Shown here: piece by piece, positions 16,418 through 26,386 of the stretch | Layout: every line of letters begins with the position of its first letter | Numbering within the stretch: position 1 is the first letter of the stretch | Assembly: GCA_045577885.1 (NCBI GenBank) | Contig: JAZNJF010000508.1 | Coordinates: forward strand, 1-59,446 | DNA: 59,446 bases | Direction: 5' to 3' | DNA from: Thermoguttaceae bacterium | Lineage (GTDB): Bacteria > Planctomycetota > Planctomycetia > Pirellulales > Thermoguttaceae | The notes under the pieces: model-generated | Database searches by the model: none | What the model was told of the DNA's origin: nothing | Seen by the model: only the letters and a program-made list of their open reading frames with translations | Translations under genes and position numbers: made by a program

Positions 16418-19183
16418 TCACTTCTCGGCGTCGGCGTCCGGTTGAACGCGTCCGAAGAATTGCGCCAAGTCGCTGAAACTGCGCATCGCCTCTTTGCCGG
16501 ACTTCATCTCGTCGGAAATCGGCTTGATCTTCTTGTCTTTCGGCGCGGCGACGACGACTCGCGGCGCTCGTTCCGAACGGTCGTCGCGACCTCGGCCCCG
16601 ACGGCCGCCTTCGGGACGTTCGCCCCGTTCCCCGCGTTCGCTTCGCTCGCCCCGTTCGCGGCGCGGTCGCCGTTCTTCGCCGTCTCGTTCGCGACGCGGA
16701 CGACGTTCGCCGCCGTTCTCGGAAGCGGTTCCGGCGGAAGCGTTTTCGTCGCGGCGCGGTCGACGCGGGCCGTCTTGGCGACGTTCGCGAACCGTTCCGG
16801 GCGCCAGCGTCGTCAGCGAAACGCGGCGACGTTTCGGGTCGACTTCAAGGACCCAAACCTTCAAGACGTCGCCGACCGCGACCTTTTGGTGCGCGTCGCG
16901 AACGTAAGAGTCGCCGAGTTGGCTGATGTGAACGAGGCCCGACTCGTGAAGCCCGACGTCGACGAAAGCGCCGAAATCGACGACGTTCAAGACGACGCCG
17001 GTCAGCTCCATCCCCGGTTGCAGGTCTTCCATTTTCAGGACGCCCTTCTTGAAAATCGGGCCCGGGAGCGAGTCGCGCGGGTCGAGGCCCGGTCGGACGA
17101 ACTGTTCGAGCAGGTCGGCGACGGCGAGCGGCCCGGCGCCAAATTCTTCCGCGAGCGCGGCGGCGTCGGTCGCTTTGATCGCTTCGGCCAATTCGGCGAC
17201 TTTCGACGGAACGCGCAGGTCGTCGGCGGTAAAGCCCAATTTTTCAAGAAGTTTCGTCGCGAGTTCGTAACTTTCCGGGTGAATCCAAGTCGCGTCGAGC
17301 GGGTTGTCGCCGCCGACGATCTTCAGGAACCCGGCGCAGTGCGCGAAAGCCGTTTCGCCGAGCCCGGAGACTTCCTTCAACTCTTCGCGGCGGCGATACG
17401 GGCCGTTGGCGACGCGGCGTTCGTACACGCGCTTGGCCGTCAGTTGGTTGAGCCCGGCGACGTAACGCAAAATGGCCGGCGTCGCGGCGTTCAGGTCGAC
17501 GCCGACGCGGTTGACGCAGGACGCGACGACGTTCGTCAGCGCGTCTTTGAGCGCCTTCGACTTGACGTCGTGTTGGTACATGCCGACGCCGAGCCGTTCC
17601 GCGTCGATCTTAACCAATTCGTTGAGCGGGTTTTGCAAACGGCGCCCGATCGACGCGGCCCCGCGAACGAGCGGATCGTAATTCGGGAACTCGTCCTTCG
17701 CGATTTGGCTCGTCGAGTAAACGCTCGCGCCCGCTTCGTTGACGACGATGTACGCGACGTCGGCGTCGGCGAACTTTTCTTCGATGATTTTCGCGACGAA
17801 GTTTTCGGCTTCGCGGCAGCCGGTTCCGTTCCCGATCGCGAAAACGCTCAACTTGTACTTTTCGACGAACTCGACGATTTTCGCGGAAGCGGCGGCGCGA
17901 CGCTCGGCGTTCCCTTGCAGGAAGACGGCGTCGAAGTCGAGAACGTTCCCGAATTCGTCGAGCGCGACCAGTTTGCAACCGTTTTTGAAGCCCGGGTCGA
18001 GCGCCAAAACGCGGCGGCGGTTCAGCGGACGCTGCATCAAGAGGTTGCGCAGATTCTTCGCAAAGACCGAAACGGCTTGCTCTTCGGCGCGGTCGGTTAA
18101 TTCGCGGCGCGCTTCCCGTTCGAGCGACGGCGCGGCCAAGCGGACGACGGCGTCGTCGGCGCAAGCGTTCAGGAAGTCGGCGAACGGGCGGCCCTCGGCG
18201 ACGAGCGTTTCGCGAGCGATCGCTTTCAGTTGGTCGACGTCGACGTCCAATTTGACCGAAATGATCTTCGCGTTTTCGCCGCGATTCAGCGCGAGCGCGC
18301 GGTGCGGCGGGCAGGAGCGCAGGTCGAACGACGCGTCGAAGTAATCGACGAACTGCTTTTCGAGCTGTTCCGCTTGTTGTTCTTTGAACGTCTTCTTTTT
18401 CTTCTTTTTGTCGGCTTTAGCGGCGGCGTCCTTCGCTTGCGCGTCGGTCGTTTCGGCGGCGGCTTCCGCGTTTTCGACGGTTTCGGCGTTCGCTTCGACC
18501 GGCGTTTCGGCGGTTTCTTCCGCGACCGGTTCGACCGGCGCTTCGGCGGCTCCCGCTTCCGGTTCCGCGGCGGCGCCCTTCTTCTCGATCTTCTTCGAAA
18601 CGAGCTTGCCGGTTCGTTGGATTTTATCGCGCAAACGACGGCGAACTTCGAACGTTTCGGCGAACCGTTCGGCGATAATATCGGCGGCGCCCTTCAACGC
18701 TTCCTCGACGGTCGCGACGCCCTTTTCCGCGTCGACGAACGGCGCGGCGAGCGCGTTCAAGTCGGCGGATTCGTCGGCGGCGTTCAAAATTGCGTCGGCG
18801 AGCGGTTCAAGCCCTTTTTCGCGAGCGGCTTGCGCCAACGTTTGACGCTTCGACTTAAACGGCAAATAGAGGTCGTCCAAACGGCGAGCGGTGCGGGCTT
18901 CGCGAATCTTTTGCTCGAGTTCCGGCGTCAGTTTGCCTTGCGATTCGATCGTTTTCAGGAACGAAAGTTTGCGGTCGGTCAGTTGACGTTGCTTTTGATA
19001 CGCCGCGGCGACTTTCGCGACGCCGTCTTCGCTCAAATTCTTCGTTTGGTCCTTGCGATAGCGCGCGATGAAGGGAACGGGATACCCTTCTTCCAACAGG
19101 GCGACCGTCGCTTCGACTTGGTCGAGCGGCAGTTCGAGTTCGCGAGCGAGAAAAACGGGATTGACAATAATGGGTTCGGTCAT
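16418..19183 (-). CDS. tex: Tex-like transcription accessory protein with extra low-complexity segments
   Basis: IARYRKDQTKNL, a YqgF-like VLALDPGFKNGCKLVALD, and the S1 domain GMELTGVVLNVVDFGAFVDVG. 921 aa, which is longer than the roughly 750-800 aa I recall for typical Tex proteins. Confidence 0.9.
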   Translation of the reverse strand: MTEPIIVNPVFLARELELPLDQVEATVALLEEGYPVPFIARYRKDQTKNLSEDGVAKVAAAYQKQRQLTDRKLSFLKTIESQGKLTPELEQKIREARTARRLDDLYLPFKSKRQTLAQAAREKGLEPLADAILNAADESADLNALAAPFVDAEKGVATVEEALKGAADIIAERFAETFEVRRRLRDKIQRTGKLVSKKIEKKGAAAEPEAGAAEAPVEPVAEETAETPVEANAETVENAEAAAETTDAQAKDAAAKADKKKKKKTFKEQQAEQLEKQFVDYFDASFDLRSCPPHRALALNRGENAKIISVKLDVDVDQLKAIARETLVAEGRPFADFLNACADDAVVRLAAPSLEREARRELTDRAEEQAVSVFAKNLRNLLMQRPLNRRRVLALDPGFKNGCKLVALDEFGNVLDFDAVFLQGNAERRAAASAKIVEFVEKYKLSVFAIGNGTGCREAENFVAKIIEEKFADADVAYIVVNEAGASVYSTSQIAKDEFPNYDPLVRGAASIGRRLQNPLNELVKIDAERLGVGMYQHDVKSKALKDALTNVVASCVNRVGVDLNAATPAILRYVAGLNQLTAKRVYERRVANGPYRRREELKEVSGLGETAFAHCAGFLKIVGGDNPLDATWIHPESYELATKLLEKLGFTADDLRVPSKVAELAEAIKATDAAALAEEFGAGPLAVADLLEQFVRPGLDPRDSLPGPIFKKGVLKMEDLQPGMELTGVVLNVVDFGAFVDVGLHESGLVHISQLGDSYVRDAHQKVAVGDVLKVWVLEVDPKRRRVSLTTLAPGTVRERRQDGPRRPRRDENASAGTASENGGERRPRRERDGEERRPRRERGERSERGERGERPEGGRRGRGRDDRSERAPRVVVAAPKDKKIKPISDEMKSGKEAMRSFSDLAQFFGRVQPDADAEK

Positions 19184-19711
19184 AGCGCCGCGTCCGTCAA
19201 TTAATATTATATAAAGGTCGCTCGAGCGGAGCCGCGAATCGGGGCTCGAGCCGGTTTAACCAGTTCCGACGTCGCGTCGGAAACGCTTCGATCGCGCTTC
19301 GGCGTTCGTCGAGCGTTCTCGGCGAACCGCCCGTCGCCGCGCCTTACCGTCGAAAAAATCGAAAACCGGAGCGCGACGAACGAAAAATTGGCGACCATTC
19401 TAAAATCTAAAAGAATTTGCGCCGTTTGTCAAGGGAAGTCGACGTTTTCTCGACAAAAAGTTTAGGAGACGCGTCGTTTTATTTTACCTTACTTACCTAT
19501 CTCGCCTTGTTTAACAAATTAAAAACGCGAAGAGAGGCCGCCCCCCCCTGTCGCGCTTTTTAAAAAGGAGTAAAATGAGAGCGACTATAGAAAACGAACG
19601 CGCCGTTCGAGCGTCGCTTCCCGTCGCTCCCGGTCTCGTTCGCGCAAGCCGACGACGGAAAGCCGCCGCTTCGGTCTCCGTTTCACTTCGACGACGAGGA
19701 TATCGACTCCC

Positions 19712-20800
19712 ATGGAAGAACGCGTTTACAATTTCTCCGCCGGTCCGGCCGTCCTGCCGGTCTCCGTTTTGAAAAAGGCTCAAGAAGAACTCCTCTGCCT
19801 CCCCGGTTGCGGCGCCTCGATTCTTGAAATCAGCCACCGCTCGAAGCAATTCGGCGAAATCCTCGCGCAAACGAAAGCGAACGTCCGCGAACTCCTGAAC
19901 GTTCCGGAAAATTACAAAATTATGTTCCTGCAAGGCGGCTCGATCACGCAATTCGCGCTCCTTCCGATGAACATCATCCGCAACACGAACAAAGCCGGCG
20001 ACTATATCGTTACCGGGACTTGGAGCAAGAAAGCCGCGTCGGAAGCGAAGACGCAAGGCAAAGTCAACGTCATTTGGAACGGTCAAGACGAAAAATTCAT
20101 CCGCAAACCGAGCGACGCGGAACTGCAAACGTCGGCCGACGCCGCGTACTGCTATTACTGCGCGAACGAAACGATCGAAGGGATTCAATTCCCGACCGAG
20201 CCGAACGTTTCGGTTCCGTTGATCTGCGACGCGTCGAGCGAAATCTTCAGCCGTCCGGTTCAAATGGAAAAATACGGCGTTTTGTTCGCTTGCGCTCAAA
20301 AGAACGCGGGCCCGGCGGGCGTTACGCTGGTGATTATGCGCGACGATTTCGTCGAAATGAGCGGCGCCGACCTCCCGTCGATGTTCTCGTATAAGCAACT
20401 CGCGGACAAAGACTCGATGCTGAACACGCCGCCGACGTTCGGCATTTACATCATGAAGCTCGTTACCGAATGGCTGAAAGAACAAGGCGGTTTGGAAGTC
20501 ATGCGTCAAAAGAACGTCGAGAAAGCGCAACTCCTTTACGACGCGATCGACGCTTCGAACGGTTTCTACCGCGTCCACGGGAACAAAGAGTTCCGTTCGT
20601 TTATGAACGTTTCGTTCCGCCTCCCGACGGAAGAACTCGACAAAAAATTCCAAGAGGAAGCGAAGGCGTTCAAACTGGCGAGCCTCGCCGGCCACCGCAG
20701 CGTCGGCGGCGAGCGCGCCTCGATTTACAACGCCATGCCGCGCGAAGGCGTCGTCGCTCTCCGCGACTTTATGGTCGATTTCGCGAAGAAAAACGCTTAG
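19712..20800 (+). CDS. serC: Phosphoserine aminotransferase
   Basis: MEERVYNFSAGPAVLP... 362 aa, class-V aminotransferase pattern. Confidence 0.95.
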   Translation: MEERVYNFSAGPAVLPVSVLKKAQEELLCLPGCGASILEISHRSKQFGEILAQTKANVRELLNVPENYKIMFLQGGSITQFALLPMNIIRNTNKAGDYIVTGTWSKKAASEAKTQGKVNVIWNGQDEKFIRKPSDAELQTSADAAYCYYCANETIEGIQFPTEPNVSVPLICDASSEIFSRPVQMEKYGVLFACAQKNAGPAGVTLVIMRDDFVEMSGADLPSMFSYKQLADKDSMLNTPPTFGIYIMKLVTEWLKEQGGLEVMRQKNVEKAQLLYDAIDASNGFYRVHGNKEFRSFMNVSFRLPTEELDKKFQEEAKAFKLASLAGHRSVGGERASIYNAMPREGVVALRDFMVDFAKKNA

Positions 20801-20841
20801 TTTAGCGTAATTTAGCGAACGCGAAGAACCGCGAACAACGA

Positions 20842-20878
20842 ACCCGGCGTCGAAACCTCGGCGCCGGGTTTTTATTTT
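20842..20878 (+). terminator. Intrinsic terminator after serC
   Basis: ACCCGGCG-N12-CGCCGGGT followed by TTTTTATTTT. Confidence 0.8.
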
Positions 20879-21016
20879 ACGCTCCGAAACCGTCGAAGCG
20901 AAACGTCTAAAAAACGCGCTCGAAACGTCGCTCGCTATTTTTTACACTATATAGCTTATCGGCAATTTCTTAATTGGGAGCGTTTTTTAATTATTTATAC
21001 TACAACAAATTGCCGC

Positions 21017-23143
21017 TTACAAACCGAAATTCGGGGCAATATCGCTGGGGTCTTTCACATCCCAAATATCATACACCGTACCATACGTTGGTCTCTGCTC
21101 CGCTTTCTTAACCTCGTTAGAGGCCCAATTCAACGCGGAACCATAACCTTGCGCTCGAATAGCGCTATTGGCGACCGGTTGAAGATAAACGGTACAATCA
21201 CCGTTAGGCACCCCCACAAGCGTGAATTCAAAAACATTTGGCAATCCGATATCCTTATACGACGGCACGGCCATCATATACTCATATTTTTCCCCCGAAG
21301 CATACTCAAGAACGCACATAAAATACGCTCCGTCCATCTGAACCTCTTTCCCCGACACCGATACCCCTTCAACCGTCGAAGAAACCTCTTTCGGCTTTTC
21401 ATAAATTACGTACATGTTTAAACCAAGATTTCCATCACGATCTTGAATCCAGTACGTCTCATTAATTGTCGCGTTCGGCAACGCCTTTAATCCTTCGTTC
21501 GGATTCTCTTGCTTCGGAACCGTCGCTTCGATCATCTCCGATCGCTCCGACATTGTGTGCGTGGTCGCCGCTAGATTCTTCTTCGGGAAAGCGAACGCGT
21601 AAATTTCGTAGGTTTTGCCCGCGACGCCGGTAATTTGGCACGAGGTTTTGTTGATTTCGCCCGAAGAGCTCGGAGTCAATTCTCCCTTTTCCCTCCAGAA
21701 AACCTCGTAACCGCGCGCGTTATCGACTTTGTTCCACGAAACCGTAATCGTCGTTCCGCTGACTTTCGCGCTCAAAACCGGCGCGGCGATCGGCGTTTTC
21801 GTCGGGTTCGGGTTCGGGTCGACCGGCGTATCCGGGTTCGGATTCGGGTCGACCGGCGCGTCCGGGTTCGGATTCGGGTCGACCGGCGGGTTCACGACGT
21901 TATTGCCGTCGAGCGTAATCGTCTTCGTTTCGGACGCGGCGGAAACTTCGTAACCGTTGTTATATTCCGGGTTCGCGACCAAGTAGAATTCGTAGGTTTT
22001 CCCCTTGATTCCGTAGTAGGTCGTCGACGTTTTGCCGATAACGAGCTTGACGAAATTCTTCGCCGTCGCTTCTTTGTAGAAGAGCGAGTAGTTCAACGCG
22101 CCGTCGACTTCGTTCCACGACAACGAAATCTTCGTTTTCGACGCGGAAACGTTCGTCCAGGTCGGCGTCGCGAGCGGTTCTTTCGGGTTCGCTTCTTCGT
22201 TCAGAAGAATCGTCTTCGTTTCGGACGCGGCGGAAGCGGCGTTACCGTCGTTATATTTCGGGTTCGCGACGACGAAGAAATCGTAGGTACGGTTTTTAAT
22301 CCCGTAGTAGGTCGTCGAGTTCGTCGAGGCGACGAGTTGTTGGAACTTCGAAGCCGTCGACTCTTTGTAGTACACCGTGTAGTTCAGCGCGTCTTCGACT
22401 TTGCTCCACTCCAGCTTAATTTCCGTGTTCTTGACGCTGTGCATCGTCCAAGTCGGCGTCGGGAGCGGTTCTTTCGGGTTCGCTTCTTCGTTCAGAAGAA
22501 TCGTCTTCGTTTCGGACGCGGCGGAAACGGCGTTACCGTCGTTATACTTCGGGTTCGCGACGACGAAGAAATCGTAAGTACGGTTCTTAATCCCGTAGTA
22601 AGTCGTCGAGTTCGTCGCGACGACGAGTTGCTGGAACTTCGAAGCCGTCGACTCTTTGTAGTACAGCGTGTAGTTCAGCGCGTCTTCGACTTTGCTCCAC
22701 TCCAGCTTAATTTCCGTGTTCTTGACGCTGTGCATCGTCCAAGTCGGGGTCGGGAGCGGTTCTTTCGGGTTCGCTTCTTCGTTCAGAAGAACCGTCTTCG
22801 TTTCGGACGCGGCGGACTTTTCCAAATCCTTGCCGGCTTTCGGGTTAGCGACGAGATAGAAATCGTAGCTCTTGTTCTTGACGCCGTAATAGGTCGTCGA
22901 GTTCGTCGCGACGACGGCGTATTGTCGGAACTTGTCCGCCGTCGACTCTTTAAAATACACCGTGTAATTCAGCGCGTTATCGACTTTCGACCATTCCAGC
23001 TTAATTTCCGTGTTCTTGACGCTGTGCATCGTCCACGTCGGAGCCGAAAGCGGAGTCGCCGCCCAGGCCGCCGTCGCGACGAACGCGGTTCCGACCGCCA
23101 AGAGCGCCGCCAACGCTCGGCGACATTTTTTCAAAATGTTCAT
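21017..23143 (-). CDS. Secreted protein with five Fn3-like repeats, a PVDPNPNPD linker and a distinct C-terminal domain
   Basis: Signal peptide MNILKKCRRALAALLAVGTAFVATAAWA from the ATG at 23143. Repeated ~97-aa units PTWTMHSVKNTEIKLEWSKVEDALNYTVYYKEST... Confidence 0.75.
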   Translation of the reverse strand: MNILKKCRRALAALLAVGTAFVATAAWAATPLSAPTWTMHSVKNTEIKLEWSKVDNALNYTVYFKESTADKFRQYAVVATNSTTYYGVKNKSYDFYLVANPKAGKDLEKSAASETKTVLLNEEANPKEPLPTPTWTMHSVKNTEIKLEWSKVEDALNYTLYYKESTASKFQQLVVATNSTTYYGIKNRTYDFFVVANPKYNDGNAVSAASETKTILLNEEANPKEPLPTPTWTMHSVKNTEIKLEWSKVEDALNYTVYYKESTASKFQQLVASTNSTTYYGIKNRTYDFFVVANPKYNDGNAASAASETKTILLNEEANPKEPLATPTWTNVSASKTKISLSWNEVDGALNYSLFYKEATAKNFVKLVIGKTSTTYYGIKGKTYEFYLVANPEYNNGYEVSAASETKTITLDGNNVVNPPVDPNPNPDAPVDPNPNPDTPVDPNPNPTKTPIAAPVLSAKVSGTTITVSWNKVDNARGYEVFWREKGELTPSSSGEINKTSCQITGVAGKTYEIYAFAFPKKNLAATTHTMSERSEMIEATVPKQENPNEGLKALPNATINETYWIQDRDGNLGLNMYVIYEKPKEVSSTVEGVSVSGKEVQMDGAYFMCVLEYASGEKYEYMMAVPSYKDIGLPNVFEFTLVGVPNGDCTVYLQPVANSAIRAQGYGSALNWASNEVKKAEQRPTYGTVYDIWDVKDPSDIAPNFGL
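22176..23048 (-). repeat. 291-nt (97-codon) tandem repeats inside the Fn3 gene
   Basis: Units begin at 22176, 22467 and 22758, an exact 291-nt period. The first two are near-identical at the nucleotide level. More diverged copies flank them. Confidence 0.9.
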
Positions 23144-23512
23144 CGGTTTTCCTTTCACATTTTGAGACAAATATTAGTTATCGATTCAAACCAAGCGTTC
23201 GAATCGCCGTTACGCAAATTCATTTCTTGCGCTTTCGCTTATACAAGACGAGCGCGTTCATTTTTCTCGTCGAAAAACAAGGCGACGAGAATTTTTCTAT
23301 TTTTCCTATCTTTCCTAAATTTGTCCTAATTTTCATTATAGTAAGAAAAAAAAAAAACAAGCGCCCAGTTTGTCTATTTTCACATTTTCCTATTTTTTTT
23401 ACCGACGTCGCCCTTCGTTCTTACGCGCTTTTTTCGCCGATTCTCCGCTTTTTCCCGCGTTCGCCGATTTCTCGAAGGCTTTAAAAAATTTTTCGATTTT
23501 CTTAAAAATTTC

Positions 23513-23541
23513 TTGAAATCGCGCTCGACCGCCGGTATAAT
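23513..23541 (+). promoter_or_regulatory. Sigma70-like promoter for the Gfo/Idh/MocA gene
   Basis: TTGAAA (23513-23518), 17-nt spacer, TATAAT (23536-23541). Confidence 0.6.
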
Positions 23542-23623
23542 AACGACCGAAGCGGCAAAGAAGCCGTCTTGTCGAGCGTTCGCCGCGCCGCGCTTAAACC
23601 GTTGATTTATCGGAGCTTTCACT

Positions 23624-24850
23624 ATGTCGCAACGTTTTTCTCGCCGTTCTTTCCTCGCCGCCGGAACCGGAGCCGCCGCGTTCGCCGCTCTTTCGGGCGC
23701 CCAATACGTTAAAGCGCAAGACGCGCCGCAAATCCAAGGTTTCGACGAAACGCAAACGAACGTCGACGCGCAAAACGTTTGGAAACCGTTTACCGACCGC
23801 AAGTTGCGAATCGGGATCGCCGGGTTCGGCCTTTGCCAATTCGGCGCGCAGTTCGGGCTCCAAGACTGTCCGAACGCGGAAGTCGTCGCCGTCTCCGACC
23901 TCTTCGCCGACCGCCGCGACGCGCTCGCCAAGGCTTGCCGCTGCGAAAAAACCTACGAATCGCTCGAAAAAATGCTCGAAGACGACGCGATCGAAGCCGT
24001 TTTCATCGCCACCGACGCGCCGAGCCACTGCGATCACGTCGTGAAGGCGTTGAAAGCGGGGAAACACGTCGCCTGCGCCGTCCCGGCCGTTTGGGGTTCG
24101 CTCGAAGACGCCGACCGTCTTTTCGACGCGGTAAAAACGTCCGGCTTAACTTACGCGATGTTCGAAACTTCCGCTTACCACGACGCCGTTTACGCCTCGC
24201 GCAAAATCTACGAGGCGGGCGGTTTCGGGCGGATGATCTACACCGAAGGCGAGTACTACCACTACGGCGCCGGAACGCTCCCGGGCTATAAAGATTGGCG
24301 ACGCGGACTCCCGCCGCAATGGTACCCGACGCACTCGAACGCTTATTACACTTGCGTTACCGGCAAGACGTTTACGTCGGTTTCCTGCGTCGGTTGGCGG
24401 AGCAAGCTCGAAGAATACCAAAAGGGCGCGAACCCTTACGACAACCCGTTCGGAACCGAAATCGCGCTTTTCGAAACGAGCGAAGGGGGCGCGGCGCGGA
24501 TGGCGGTCAGTTGGGACAGCGCGGGCTGGGGCGGCGAAGTCGGACGCAATCGCGGTGAAATCGGCGCTTACAACGCGGCCTTCGAACCGCTGAACGACGA
24601 AGCGAAGGCAATCGTCGCGAACCTCGGCGACCTCCGCAAACCGGCGCTTCCGCCGAACGTCGGCGCGGGCGGACACGGCGGCTCGCACGGCTACCTCGGC
24701 TCGAACTTTATCGAGTCCGTCTTGAAGGGCGTTCGCCCGACCGTCGACGTCGCGACCGCGCTGAACACGACCGTTCCGGGAATCGTCGCGCACCTGTCGG
24801 CGCTCAAAGACGGCGAGCGGCTCCCGATTCCGCAATACAAACTCGACTGA
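23624..24850 (+). CDS. Tat-exported Gfo/Idh/MocA-family oxidoreductase
   Basis: Tat leader SRRSFLAAGTGAAAFAALSGAQ and a Rossmann start LRIGIAGFGLCQFG. GGAG SD. Confidence 0.85.
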   Translation: MSQRFSRRSFLAAGTGAAAFAALSGAQYVKAQDAPQIQGFDETQTNVDAQNVWKPFTDRKLRIGIAGFGLCQFGAQFGLQDCPNAEVVAVSDLFADRRDALAKACRCEKTYESLEKMLEDDAIEAVFIATDAPSHCDHVVKALKAGKHVACAVPAVWGSLEDADRLFDAVKTSGLTYAMFETSAYHDAVYASRKIYEAGGFGRMIYTEGEYYHYGAGTLPGYKDWRRGLPPQWYPTHSNAYYTCVTGKTFTSVSCVGWRSKLEEYQKGANPYDNPFGTEIALFETSEGGAARMAVSWDSAGWGGEVGRNRGEIGAYNAAFEPLNDEAKAIVANLGDLRKPALPPNVGAGGHGGSHGYLGSNFIESVLKGVRPTVDVATALNTTVPGIVAHLSALKDGERLPIPQYKLD

Positions 24851-24918
24851 ACCGGAAGCGAATCGTTAAAATCCGCCGTCGAGAACGCGATTCGTCGGCG
24901 GAAACGCGACTTAGGCTC

Positions 24919-24949
24919 TTGACAAACGCCGCCGCGTCATTAATATAAT
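24919..24949 (+). promoter_or_regulatory. Sigma70-like promoter upstream of ald
   Basis: TTGACA (24919-24924), then either TAATAT at a 16-nt spacing or TATAAT at a 19-nt spacing. Confidence 0.5.
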
Positions 24950-25085
24950 AACGTCGCGGCGAAAAAAACGATGGGAAAACGTTTCGACGCGCGTCGAAAC
25001 GCTTTCCCGTTTTGCGTATTTTCGCCGTTTTAACGTCAATTTTTCTTTTTACCGTCGACTCGACCGCCGTCGAGAGGAGCGCGTT

Positions 25086-26198
25086 ATGAAAATCGGAACC
25101 GTTAAGGAAATCAAGCAACACGAATACCGCGTCGGGCTTACGCCGGACGTCGTCGCCGCTTATGTCGCCGCCGGGCACGAAGTTTACGTCGAAACCGGCG
25201 CGGGCGAAGGTTCCGCTTTTCCGGACGAAGAGTACGTCGAAGCGGGCGCGAAGATTCTTCCGACGGCGCTCGAAGTCGCGTCGACGGTCGATATGCTTGT
25301 GAAGGTGAAAGAGCCGCTTCCGCGAGAATACAACCTCCTTCGTCCGGGCTTGATTCTTTACACTTACCTTCACTTGGCGGCGGAGCGTCGCTTGGCGGAA
25401 GAACTCGCGGCGAAAAAGGTGAAGGCGGTCGCTTACGAAACGATTCAAGAGCCGACAGGGCTTCCGTGTTTGCGTCCGATGTCGGAAATCGCCGGGCGTT
25501 TGAGCATTCAAGAAGGCGCGAAATATATCGAAAGCGCTTACGGCGGTCGCGGGATTTTGCTCGGCGGCGTTCCGGGCGTCGAACGCGGCAAGGTCGTTAT
25601 CGTCGGCGGCGGTATCGCCGGGACTTACGCGGCGAAGGCGGCGGTCGGAATGGGCGCGCAAGTTACGATCATCGACGTCAGCCTGCAACGCTTGACCTAC
25701 TTGGACGACATTTTCGGCGCCGGCGTTACGACGTTGTTCGCGTCGGAACGCAACATCGCCCGCGCGCTTTCCGAAGCGGACTTGGTCGTCGGGACGGTCT
25801 TGGTTCCGGGCGGTTCGACGCCGAAACTGATTCGCCGCGAACACTTGAAAACGATGAAGCGCGGCGCGGTGATCGTCGACGTCGCGGTCGACCAAGGCGG
25901 CTGCTGCGAAACGTCGCGCGTTACGTATCACGACGACCCGGTCTTCATCGAAGAAGGCGTCGTTCACTATTGCGTCGGGAACATGCCGGGCGCCGTTCCG
26001 CGCACGTCGACGGTCGCGCTGACGAACGCGACGCAAATTTACGGCCTGCAAATCGCGAACCTCGGCCTCGAAGAAGCGGCGCGTCGCAACCCGGCGTTGG
26101 CCAAGGGCGTCAACTATTACGACGGCAAGTGCGTCAACGCGAACGTCGCCCGCAGTCTCGGCGTCGAGTTGGTCGACCTCGCGACGCTGATCGGCTGA
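25086..26198 (+). CDS. ald: Alanine dehydrogenase
   Basis: MKIGTVKEIKQHEYRVGLTP and the NAD motif VVIVGGGIAGTYAA. 370 aa. Confidence 0.95.
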   Translation: MKIGTVKEIKQHEYRVGLTPDVVAAYVAAGHEVYVETGAGEGSAFPDEEYVEAGAKILPTALEVASTVDMLVKVKEPLPREYNLLRPGLILYTYLHLAAERRLAEELAAKKVKAVAYETIQEPTGLPCLRPMSEIAGRLSIQEGAKYIESAYGGRGILLGGVPGVERGKVVIVGGGIAGTYAAKAAVGMGAQVTIIDVSLQRLTYLDDIFGAGVTTLFASERNIARALSEADLVVGTVLVPGGSTPKLIRREHLKTMKRGAVIVDVAVDQGGCCETSRVTYHDDPVFIEEGVVHYCVGNMPGAVPRTSTVALTNATQIYGLQIANLGLEEAARRNPALAKGVNYYDGKCVNANVARSLGVELVDLATLIG

Positions 26199-26237
26199 AC
26201 GCTTAACCGCCGCTAAAACAAGCGCTTAAAAAAAACA

Positions 26238-26274
26238 AAACGCCGCCGAGCCAACCGACTCGACGGCGTTTTTA
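26238..26274 (+). terminator. Intrinsic terminator after ald
   Basis: AAAACGCCGCCGAG-N8-CTCGACGGCGTTTTT. Confidence 0.75.
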
Positions 26275-26327
26275 ACGCGCCTTCCTTCGCTGAACGGTTT
26301 GCGCGCCGTTTTTTTCCTTGCTTACCG

Positions 26328-26374
26328 CTTTGCGCCCCCGTTGTTTTAAACTTTGCGCCCCCCGTTGTTTTAAA
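26328..26374 (+). repeat. Tandem direct repeat (23 + 24 nt) immediately upstream of the acetyltransferase SD
   Basis: CTTTGCGCCCCCGTTGTTTTAAA then CTTTGCGCCCCCCGTTGTTTTAAA, followed directly by GGAGA and the ATG at 26387. Confidence 0.9.
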
Positions 26375-26386
26375 GGAGAAAGCGCA

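Noticed and set aside
19575-19772. 65-aa ORF with a strong AAAGGAG SD upstream of serC and overlapping it.
   Set aside because: The product is Arg-rich and low-complexity, and it overlaps the well-supported serC start. It could be a translated leader, but nothing in the sequence supports that beyond the SD.
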